The translations under genes and the position numbers were made by a program. From an uncultured bacterium (lineage in GTDB: Bacteria > Patescibacteriota > Patescibacteriia > Magasanikbacterales > UBA922): a stretch of DNA of 64,000 bases. The notes below the pieces were generated by a model. That model saw only the letters and a program-made list of their open reading frames with translations, was not told the origin of the DNA and did not search any database. Shown here piece after piece: positions 56,261 to 64,000 of this stretch. Position 1 is the first letter of the stretch. Each line of letters opens with the position of its first letter. The stretch is from NCBI GenBank assembly GCA_937861125.1, contig CALMAY010000038.1:27942-91941 (forward strand), read 5' to 3'.

Positions 56261-58039
56261 TTATTCGTGTTTGCGTAAATCAACAATAGTGAGCTGTAAC
56301 TCCCGATTTCCATTCCACTCATTGATGTCTACCTCAAAGACAAGATCAACTAAATCGCCACTCCCGACCTGTTTGGTCCAATCAATTGAATCAGGATTTT
56401 TGTCACTACCACAGAGTCCCCAGCCAATTGTTTTGTGAATCTTTGGGGAGTTGTGTTTGACCATCATGGAGAGATGATGTGAGCCGTTGCCGACACATTT
56501 CATGGTGTGGACTGTCACACCTCTGGCCAAGTATTTTGGTTTCTCGTTACATTGTCCAAACGGTTTGAATTTATCAAGTACGTCGTAGAGATCCCAATTG
56601 ACGTCAGTGAGTGAGAGTTCTGCGTCGATCATGAGGGTTGGTTCTACTGAGATACCTTCTGTTTTTTTGTAGTAGGCTTCGATAAAGGCTTTTTTCATCT
56701 CTTCATATTTTTCTTCGCTCGCCAGAGTAAATCCACACGCCTGAGGATGTCCACCAAATTTGAGGAAGTACTGTGGCATTTCTTGGAGCGTGGCGATCAT
56801 GTTGAAGATATCGATACTGCGTCCAGAGCCGACGATAAAACCGTCGTTGTGTGTGAGCGCAAAAACTGGTTTTTGATATTTTTCTTTGAGTTTGCTCGCG
56901 ATGAGTCCGACGATACCAGCGGACCATGAGTATCCTTTGACAAAAAGTACTGGTGCGTCTTTTTGGTCTTTTTCTACTTGCTCACAGGCTTCTTTGACGT
57001 ACTGTTCTGTCAATTTTTGACGATCAATGTTGTTATTGTTGAGTTCAAATGCAAGATCAGTTGCCTCAATCGGACTCTTAGTAAAGAGGAGATTGTAGGC
57101 AACGTTTGCGTGATTCATGCGACCAGCCGCATTGAGGCGTGGTGCGATTTGAAAGCTGATCGTCGTCGTATCAAATTCTTTTTTCTTACTCCCATCATCA
57201 GCAATGAGTTTTGCTTCTGCGAGTAGTTTTTGTAATCCGACATGACGTGTCTTGTTGAGTACGAGTAAGCCGTATTTGGTGAGGGTACGACTCTCGCCAA
57301 GTAGCGGAACCATGTCAGATACACTCGCAATTGCAACGAGATCAATCAACCATTTTTCAAATGTATCGTGTGTTTCGCCATTTGGGAGTGTACTGTGTGT
57401 TTCTTTGTGTTTTTTGAACATCCCTTGCAGGAGTTTGAAAGCAACGCCCGCGCCACAGAGTCCGTCATCTGGATATGTTTCTCCTTCGCGTTTGGGGTGG
57501 ATGATGGCGACTGCTGGTGGGAGGGTTGCAGGAAGTGCATGGTGATCTGTAACGATCACATCAACACCAAGCGTGTTTGCTAAGGTAATTTCCTCGACAT
57601 TACTGACACCACAGTCGCACGTGATGATGAGTTTTGTTCCTTCGTTTGCGAGAAGTTGAACATTTTTTTTGTTGAGTCCGTATCCATCTGTTTCACGGTG
57701 AGGGAGAAAGACAGATGCATTGGTATGTCCGAGTGCATAAAGCATCTCCATCAAAATTGTCGCAGCGCAGACACCATCTGCATCGTAGTCACCGTGAATG
57801 GTGATTTTTTCATTTTGTTCGATGGCGCGATTGATTCGGTCAATCGCTTTTTGCATGTCCAAAAAGAGATATGGGTCAAAGATATCTTGGGTGTAATCAG
57901 GATTGAGAAACTCATCAATTTTTTCTGCATCAGTTACACCGCGGTGGTACAACAAATTCGCCACAATTGGTGGAAGTTCTGGGTGTTGCTCCAGAAATGA
58001 TTGTGGGGGTGTTTCACGGACGATCCATTTTTTTTGCAT
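56261..58039 (-). CDS. recJ: Single-stranded-DNA-specific exonuclease RecJ.
   Basis: DHH motifs (HGDYDADGVCA, DHH) and the DHHA1 domain. Confidence 0.9.
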   Translation of the reverse strand: MQKKWIVRETPPQSFLEQHPELPPIVANLLYHRGVTDAEKIDEFLNPDYTQDIFDPYLFLDMQKAIDRINRAIEQNEKITIHGDYDADGVCAATILMEMLYALGHTNASVFLPHRETDGYGLNKKNVQLLANEGTKLIITCDCGVSNVEEITLANTLGVDVIVTDHHALPATLPPAVAIIHPKREGETYPDDGLCGAGVAFKLLQGMFKKHKETHSTLPNGETHDTFEKWLIDLVAIASVSDMVPLLGESRTLTKYGLLVLNKTRHVGLQKLLAEAKLIADDGSKKKEFDTTTISFQIAPRLNAAGRMNHANVAYNLLFTKSPIEATDLAFELNNNNIDRQKLTEQYVKEACEQVEKDQKDAPVLFVKGYSWSAGIVGLIASKLKEKYQKPVFALTHNDGFIVGSGRSIDIFNMIATLQEMPQYFLKFGGHPQACGFTLASEEKYEEMKKAFIEAYYKKTEGISVEPTLMIDAELSLTDVNWDLYDVLDKFKPFGQCNEKPKYLARGVTVHTMKCVGNGSHHLSMMVKHNSPKIHKTIGWGLCGSDKNPDSIDWTKQVGSGDLVDLVFEVDINEWNGNRELQLTIVDLRKHE

Positions 58040-58047
58040 ACACGCTA

Positions 58048-59832
58048 TTATCGTTTCAATACAGCTAAATATGCCTCTGTTGGGATTTCTACTTTTCCAC
58101 GACCCAACTCTTTCATTTTCTTCTTTCCTTTCTTTTGTTTGTCGAGCAATTTATTCTTTCGTGTCACATCTCCACCGTATAATTTCGCGATCACATCTTT
58201 ACGAAGCGCTGAGAGACGTTCACCTGCAATAACTTTACCACCGATTGCTGCTTGAATCTTGAGTTCAAACTGTTGGCGAGGCATGCTCTCTTTGAGAGAT
58301 TCGACAATTTTTTTGCCCACTGTATGTGCGTCGTCACGCCAGACGAGACAGGCGAGTGCTTCCTCGACTTCTTCGGCAATCATAATATCGAGCTTCACCA
58401 CGTCGGTCTTGCGATATTCTTTGAACTCGTAGTTGAGTGAGGCGTACCCACTCGTCACAGTCTTGAGTTTGTCGTAGAAATCAGTAATTAAAGAGGCGAG
58501 TGGAATCTCATATCGTAAAATGGCGCGTTTACCAGCGCCCATACTGAGATATTCGGTTGTTTGGTAGTTTCCTTTTCGTTCTGCTACGAGTGACATGACA
58601 TTACCGATGTAGTCTTCTGGAGTAATAATTTCAGCGACCATCCACGGCTCTTCGATGCGTTCTATTTTTTGTACCTCTGGGAGATCTTGTGGACTTTTGA
58701 TGATGAGATCAGTTCCGTTGGTTTGAAAAATATGGTAGGCAACAGAGGGGATAGTAGCGACAATATCAATATCAAATTCACGACGTAAGCGTTCCTGGAA
58801 AATATCGAGATGTAACATACCAAGGAATCCGCAGCGGAATCCAAAACCAAGCGCCTGTGAGTGTTCTGGCTCATATTGCAATGCTGAGTCAGAAAGCTTT
58901 AGCTTATCAATAGCATCTCGCATCGCATTGTAGTTGTCTCCCTCGTTTGGAAAGATACCAGCGAACACCATCGGACGGACTTCTTTATATCCATCGAGTG
59001 CGTGTGGACTTGGTGTTTTTTGGAGCGTAATTGTATCACCGACACGAACATTTCCCAGTTCTTTGAGTCCCGTAACGACGTACCCAATATGTCCGTCAGT
59101 TAGCTCTGCTTCAGAAACAAGTTTGGGTGTGTAGCGTCCCACTTCTAGTATTTCGGCAGTAGCACCAGTACGCATAAAAAGGATTTTGTCAGCTTTTTTG
59201 AGCGTGCCACCTTTCATGCGGACTGAAGCAATCACACCGCGATAATCATCGTAGAACGAATCAAAGATGAGGCCTTGGACATTTTCTACTCCTTCACTTG
59301 GTGCTGGTACGCGAGCAATGATGGCATCCAGAAGCTCTGGTACACCCTGTCCAGTTTTGCCAGATGTGTGCAAGATGTCTTTTGGGTCGCATCCGAGCAA
59401 GTGAACAATTTCTGCAGTTGTTTTTTCGAGATCTGAATTTGGTAGGTCAATTTTATTGAGTACAGGAATAATTGTCAGTCCCTGATCAATCGCAAGATAG
59501 AGGTTGGCAATGGTTTGTGCCTGTACACCCTGTGTTGAGTCAACGAGTAAAATAGCACCCTCTACCGCAGCCAAAGAGCGAGAGACTTCGTAGGTAAAGT
59601 CCACGTGGCCGGGGGTATCGATGAGGTTCAGTGCAAAACCTTTGTATTGCATACGGGCCGGCTGGAGTTTGATCGTAATACCTCTCTCTTTTTCGAGCTC
59701 CATGGTATCGAGCATCTGGTCCTGCATGTTGCGCTTATCAATGGTGCCGGTAATCTCAAGAAACCGATCCGCGAGGGTCGATTTGCCATGATCGATATGT
59801 GCTATGATACAAAAATTTCTTATGTTATTCAT
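58048..59832 (-). CDS. lepA: Elongation factor 4.
   Basis: IRNFCIIAHIDHGKSTLADR G-domain and the LepA-specific C-terminal domain. Confidence 0.95.
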   Translation of the reverse strand: MNNIRNFCIIAHIDHGKSTLADRFLEITGTIDKRNMQDQMLDTMELEKERGITIKLQPARMQYKGFALNLIDTPGHVDFTYEVSRSLAAVEGAILLVDSTQGVQAQTIANLYLAIDQGLTIIPVLNKIDLPNSDLEKTTAEIVHLLGCDPKDILHTSGKTGQGVPELLDAIIARVPAPSEGVENVQGLIFDSFYDDYRGVIASVRMKGGTLKKADKILFMRTGATAEILEVGRYTPKLVSEAELTDGHIGYVVTGLKELGNVRVGDTITLQKTPSPHALDGYKEVRPMVFAGIFPNEGDNYNAMRDAIDKLKLSDSALQYEPEHSQALGFGFRCGFLGMLHLDIFQERLRREFDIDIVATIPSVAYHIFQTNGTDLIIKSPQDLPEVQKIERIEEPWMVAEIITPEDYIGNVMSLVAERKGNYQTTEYLSMGAGKRAILRYEIPLASLITDFYDKLKTVTSGYASLNYEFKEYRKTDVVKLDIMIAEEVEEALACLVWRDDAHTVGKKIVESLKESMPRQQFELKIQAAIGGKVIAGERLSALRKDVIAKLYGGDVTRKNKLLDKQKKGKKKMKELGRGKVEIPTEAYLAVLKR

Positions 59833-59994
59833 ATTATGGGCGATGCCTGTCCGCCTTGGGCGGAATACAGAAATTGCGGATGTTGTTCATATGTAGAAAT
59901 GCTTGACAAAAATCATTGGTTGTGTTATTTTTTGCTTTAAACAGGAAAAGTGCCATAATAGATTTTCGCGGGTCTTGAAGTGGTCTTTCCTGTT

Positions 59995-60066
59995 AGCGAG
60001 GTAGCTCAGTGGTAGAGCCCCGGGTTCATAACCCAGATGTCGCAGGTTCGATCCCTGCCCTCGCAA
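59995..60066 (+). tRNA. tRNA-Met(CAU), probable initiator tRNA.
   Basis: Anticodon loop TTCATAA; three consecutive G-C pairs at the base of the anticodon stem (GGG/CCC); unpaired 1:72 (A1/A72) acceptor end; no encoded CCA. Confidence 0.7.
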
Positions 60067-60070
60067 TTTT

Positions 60071-60112
60071 GACCCACCCCGACATCGTCGTGCGGTGGGT
60101 CTCTCTTTTTTT
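60071..60112. terminator. Intrinsic terminator after tRNA-Met, shared with the convergent murJ gene.
   Basis: GACCCACC-CCGACATCGTCGTGC-GGTGGGTC-TCTCTTTTTTTT. Confidence 0.7.
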
Positions 60113-61724
60113 ATAGACTATTTTCACTATCTACCAGTTCCATAATAACTGGTTTTTTTGTAAAGAATTTTCGTTGAATTTGTGCTTTGATAATACGTAT
60201 TTCATCAACTCGAAATAGGTAGAGGATACCTACATAGCAAAGTAGCCCTATTGTGGCAGTAATAGCTCCTTGAGTCAAGATGCCAAAGCCTGTGTCCATG
60301 TTCACTAGTAGACTAACTGGTGCCTTGAGGGATTGGATCATGAAGGCCATCACAATACTCCCTCCAGTTACCACAGACAAGAAACGAAGTAATGGTAGGG
60401 TTTTGAGGTCGTGTTGACGGTGGGTGAGGAAAAGAAAGAGAAGTGAAACCTGGACTATAGACGAGATGGAGATAGATAGTGCAAGTCCTGGAATGCCCAT
60501 GTATGGTTTGAGTATGTATCCAAGTCCAATAGCAATGAGTACTCCAAACATCGCGATAAGGGATGGGGTTTTGGTATCTTTTTTTGCAAAAAAGCCACGG
60601 GTAAGGAGTGGGATAAGACACTGTGCAAAAAGAGATAGTGCAAAAAATCCTAGGGTGTTGCCTGTGATAATAGTGTCTGTCCAGTCAAATGCACCGCTGC
60701 CAAGTAGTACACGAACAATTTGCATGCGTAGAAGTAGAAATATAATTGCAAGAGGGACAATACAGATCAAAATAGTTCGTAGTGTTTGCAAGATATGTGT
60801 CATAAATACCTCTTCTTTGCGTGATTGTGCGGCAGTGGACAGTGTTGGAAATGCAGCAATAGCAAAACTAATTCCAATGAGACCGATTGGAAATGATTGA
60901 ATATTGTTGGCAAAGGTAAACATCGAGACACCACCAGCTGTGAGGGTGGAGGCAAATCCAACCATGATAATCGTTTGTATCTGACTACTACCGAGAGAAA
61001 AGATGCGTGGGATGGATGCGGTGCACATGTGGGAGAACTCTCTGACGTCATATCCACGCACAATTGGTTTGTAACCAATATAGATGAGTGACGGGAGTTG
61101 GATGAGGAGATGGAGCGCAGCACCAATGATCACCCCATATGCAAGTGCGATGGGGCCATACGTTGGAACAAGAAAGAGTGCCCCTATGATAATACCAAGG
61201 TTGTAGAGAATTGGTGAGAGAGAGGTAACGAAAAAAAGTTTTTGTGACTGGAGAGCTCCGCTCACTACACTACTGATACCCATGATAAGTGGTGAGAATA
61301 ACATGATGCGTGTCATGAGAATACTCAAGGTTTGTGCTTCTGGTGTGAGTCCTGGTGCGAGCAGTGGTATCAATGTTGGTGTACACAGCATAAGACCAGA
61401 TATTCCAACAAATATGGTGATACCACATACTATCAGTGTAGCGTTAAAAAACTTCCACCCATTATCTGTATTTTCGTCTCTTTGGGAAATAAAAGATGGG
61501 ATAAAGCTGGCAGAGAGTGCGCCAACAATCAAGAGTGTGTAAATAAAATCAGGAATGAGAAAGGCGCTATAGTAGGCGTCAAGTGTTGGCCCGGCACCAA
61601 AGAGGTGTGCTAAAAGTCTATCACGGAGTAATCCAATAAGACGACTCAAAAATGACGCTGCACCAATAAAGAGGGCGGCATGTGTAATGGTGTCTAGTGG
61701 TTTTGAAAAAATATTTCGGATCAT
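60111..61724 (-). CDS. murJ: Lipid II flippase MurJ (MviN).
   Basis: 14-TM MOP-superfamily architecture with the conserved N-terminal R..L..L.GAG motif. Confidence 0.85.
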   Translation of the reverse strand: MIRNIFSKPLDTITHAALFIGAASFLSRLIGLLRDRLLAHLFGAGPTLDAYYSAFLIPDFIYTLLIVGALSASFIPSFISQRDENTDNGWKFFNATLIVCGITIFVGISGLMLCTPTLIPLLAPGLTPEAQTLSILMTRIMLFSPLIMGISSVVSGALQSQKLFFVTSLSPILYNLGIIIGALFLVPTYGPIALAYGVIIGAALHLLIQLPSLIYIGYKPIVRGYDVREFSHMCTASIPRIFSLGSSQIQTIIMVGFASTLTAGGVSMFTFANNIQSFPIGLIGISFAIAAFPTLSTAAQSRKEEVFMTHILQTLRTILICIVPLAIIFLLLRMQIVRVLLGSGAFDWTDTIITGNTLGFFALSLFAQCLIPLLTRGFFAKKDTKTPSLIAMFGVLIAIGLGYILKPYMGIPGLALSISISSIVQVSLLFLFLTHRQHDLKTLPLLRFLSVVTGGSIVMAFMIQSLKAPVSLLVNMDTGFGILTQGAITATIGLLCYVGILYLFRVDEIRIIKAQIQRKFFTKKPVIMELVDSENSL

Positions 61725-61738
61725 GCACTATCTATATA

Positions 61739-62662
61739 CTAAAGCCATTTTTTTCGTCTCATGTACATGATAAACAACATAGTCAGTATGCCGAGAAGTC
61801 CAAACATTGACCAGACAATTATCGGGTGATTGGCATATGGTAGATGAACAAGGTTCATGCCATAGATACTACTCAGTAGGGTAAACGGCATGAGTCCCAC
61901 AGAGATAAAGGTCAAGAAACTGATCACCTGTGTGGTACGTTGATTGGTCACTGATTCGAGGGTAACATGAAGTCCCTCAATCGTGTCACGAAATGATTCG
62001 AGTATAGACCATTGTTTGTTGAGGAAGTCTGTCAGGTCATCAAAGTATACACCTAGTGATTCATCCAAAAAGGTACGATGTGTATGAGAGAGTGATGAAA
62101 TAAGATAGCGCTGCGGATCGATAACACGGCGGAATTTGAGGATGTCACGTCGATACATGGCAATTTCTTTGATCAATGAAATATCTGGACTATCTTGAAA
62201 AATTTCTTCTTCGGCTTCAGAGAGTCGTTTACCGAGTTCACTGAGAATTGGTTGGGTGGTATGGAGTACTGATTCGATGATGTTGTATACCAAAAAACCA
62301 GATGATCCGCTCATCCACTCATTTCGCACGTCGTCTGTTTTCATGCAACGATAAAAAATGTTTTTCATTACTGATGTACGTTCTGGTTCAATTGTGATGA
62401 CGTAGTCATCACCAAAGAAAATGTACACCTCTTGTCTGGTGATAGATTTTTTTCCATCTTTCCACTGTGGAAATTGGAGCACCAAAAAAAGATAGTCTTT
62501 GTATGTATCCAACTTTGGTACTTGGCTACCACCAGTCTGTACGTCTTCGATATCTAACGGGTGAAAGCGATGATTTTTTTCTAAAAACGCAATGGTCTCC
62601 TCGTCAGTTGAATCAATATATGTCCAGGTGAGATTTTTTTCTTTGATTTTTTTCATTGACAT
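61739..62662 (-). CDS. corA: Magnesium/cobalt transporter CorA.
   Basis: YGMNL (GMN) motif before the final TM helix. Confidence 0.85.
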   Translation of the reverse strand: MSMKKIKEKNLTWTYIDSTDEETIAFLEKNHRFHPLDIEDVQTGGSQVPKLDTYKDYLFLVLQFPQWKDGKKSITRQEVYIFFGDDYVITIEPERTSVMKNIFYRCMKTDDVRNEWMSGSSGFLVYNIIESVLHTTQPILSELGKRLSEAEEEIFQDSPDISLIKEIAMYRRDILKFRRVIDPQRYLISSLSHTHRTFLDESLGVYFDDLTDFLNKQWSILESFRDTIEGLHVTLESVTNQRTTQVISFLTFISVGLMPFTLLSSIYGMNLVHLPYANHPIIVWSMFGLLGILTMLFIMYMRRKKWL

Positions 62663-62684
62663 AAGACAGGCGTATTAAAAAATT

Positions 62685-63371
62685 CTAAGGAAGTTCGGTA
62701 ATATTGAGTTCCAAAATGACTTCGTCTGTACCACGATCAGTTGGGGATGGATCAATAATGCGGAGTGTTCCGTTGATTGGCTCACTTGTGTGGGTAAAAG
62801 TAATTTCTTCGGAATACTGTGGAGTGACTGGTGTGGTGGTGACGATAAATCCTGTTTTTGTTAATTCGTCAGTGTAGTATTCCTTGATAAATGAAGGTCT
62901 AGCGGAGAGATGTGTCCAGTGGATAGTAAAGGTGCTGTTGTTGGCAAAAAGAGGTTTGTTGATAATTTGTTTGAAGCGATCTGTACCACTGAGATTGCGT
63001 GTGTCTGAGAGAATTTGATAGTTGCTCGGGAGATATTGTTCAACCATGAGGTACAGTGGTGTGATAATGACTTTTGGGACGTAGGCGAGACGTTCGAGCG
63101 TATTACCTTTTTCCTGTGCTGAGAGGTAGGTGATACCCTCGATGTTCTCCTTGTCATACATTGGGATAAGGTTACTGGGGAATGAATCAGGAAGTGTCTT
63201 GAACTCTTTGAGACTTGGTACAGCCAAAAGACGTACCAAAAGCAAAAAGGCGATACAGATAAGAAAGAGGCATCCGCACCCTCCAAAACAACTTCGTTTG
63301 AGGCATGATCGGTTTTTTCCGAGGGTCTGGATGGTTGGTTCTTGGATTTCAATTGTTTCGCGTTTTGGCAT
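62685..63371 (-). CDS. Hypothetical membrane-anchored protein with a Cys-rich N-terminus.
   Basis: 228-aa ORF; CLKRSCFGGCGCLFLIC then a TM helix; no family recognised. Confidence 0.35.
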   Translation of the reverse strand: MPKRETIEIQEPTIQTLGKNRSCLKRSCFGGCGCLFLICIAFLLLVRLLAVPSLKEFKTLPDSFPSNLIPMYDKENIEGITYLSAQEKGNTLERLAYVPKVIITPLYLMVEQYLPSNYQILSDTRNLSGTDRFKQIINKPLFANNSTFTIHWTHLSARPSFIKEYYTDELTKTGFIVTTTPVTPQYSEEITFTHTSEPINGTLRIIDPSPTDRGTDEVILELNITELP

Positions 63372-63630
63372 AGGGATATGTGTGATAGTATATCACGATT
63401 GAGGTGTTTAGTCCACTCGTTTGTGTGTCTAGATGACTTTTAAAGATACAAATTATTTTGCCACAGCATTATCCAGTCTCGCGACGGAAAAGATACAAGG
63501 ATACAAACAAATTAAAAATATCGACTGATGCAATGTATTGGAATTTTTAATTTGGTTATTGTTTGCATCTTGTGTCCTTTTTCTTTTTTCTTTTCTTTTG
63601 TATACTAGATATATTCTAAATATAACGTCT

Positions 63631-64000
63631 ATGAAACTCCATTTCTGCGGTGCCAATAAAGAAGTTACCGGTTCATGCCACCTCCTAGAAGTTGCGGGAA
63701 AAAAGTTGTTGATTGACTGTGGGATGTATCAGGGAAGTGATTATGCTGAAGGAAAAAACTTTGAAGATTTTCCATTTGATGTTCGTAGTGTTGATGCAGT
63801 GCTTGTTACGCACGCCCACCTCGACCACATCGGGCGTCTGCCAAAGTTGTTTACTGATGGATATCACGGACCTGTGTATGCGACCCATGCGACGTGCGAT
63901 ATCATTCCACTTGAGCTCGATGATGCGTATCAGATTATGGCGTACAATCATCGTAAGTTTCAGTATCCAATGCTCTACAGAGAAGAGGATATTGCAAAAC
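63631..64000 (+). CDS. MBL-fold beta-CASP ribonuclease (RNase J / CPSF73-like); 3' end truncated by the window edge.
   Basis: Manual translation MKLHFCGANKEVTGSCHLLEVAGKKLLIDCGM...VTHAHLDHIG (HxHxDH motif 2). Confidence 0.65.
   Translation, partial: MKLHFCGANKEVTGSCHLLEVAGKKLLIDCGMYQGSDYAEGKNFEDFPFDVRSVDAVLVTHAHLDHIGRLPKLFTDGYHGPVYATHATCDIIPLELDDAYQIMAYNHRKFQYPMLYREEDIAK

Noticed and set aside
1-64000. Prophage, integron or CRISPR-Cas content.
   Set aside because: No integrase, recombinase, transposase, cas genes, repeat-spacer array or phage structural genes were recognisable in any frame.

Overview
This 64 kb window reads as a compact bacterial chromosome segment made up almost entirely of housekeeping genes. 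Gene packing is dense, with many 4-nt start/stop overlaps, and several promoters match the TTGACA-N17-TATAAT sigma-70 consensus. The truncated TsaB, the giant surface protein and the gene content suggest a small-genome lineage, possibly Patescibacteria/CPR-like; this is inference only.

Coding genes called: tsaD; a class I methyltransferase; an APH-like kinase; rplJ-rplL; a truncated tsaB; a glycan-synthesis cluster (GT2 processive synthase with QQRRW, a DUF4012 protein, mreB, GT4); holB; a BNR-repeat lipoprotein; frr; dtd; an HD hydrolase; zupT; glyS; an M16 peptidase; tpiA; bcp; mutM; a MacB-like ABC pair; nfo; rpmG; a 1655-aa surface protein with GLUG repeats and peptidoglycan-binding domains; an ABC-F ATPase; ccdA; a GH5-like hydrolase; uppP; cca; yidC; an SPFH protein; a CIRCE-controlled heat-shock operon (hrcA, grpE, hsp20, dnaK, dnaJ) with embedded unknown genes; an ECF sigma/anti-sigma pair; a CDP-alcohol phosphatidyltransferase; rnhA; recJ; lepA; murJ; corA; and a partial beta-CASP MBL RNase.

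RNA genes called: tRNA-Glu(UUC), tRNA-Thr(UGU), tRNA-Tyr(GUA), tRNA-Thr(GGU), tRNA-Trp(CCA), tRNA-Val(UAC) and a probable initiator tRNA-Met(CAU).

No CRISPR array, integrase, transposase or prophage was seen.

The most unusual observations, in order of interest:
1. An exact 38-nt duplication of the 5' half of tRNA-Glu (breakpoint inside the anticodon) brackets a stand-alone 81-aa GIY-YIG nuclease gene. This looks like a minimal tRNA-targeting insertion.
2. A roughly 119-bp nested palindromic element is inserted in frame inside the essential tsaD gene.
3. The leader upstream of glyS carries a GGGUGGAACC T-box-like motif and a GGC-containing hairpin loop, making it a candidate glycine T-box.
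4. A DUF378 membrane protein has metallothionein-like Cys-rich tails at both termini.
5. The giant adhesin has a compositionally foreign C-terminal module.
6. Two short repeat families recur in intergenic regions.
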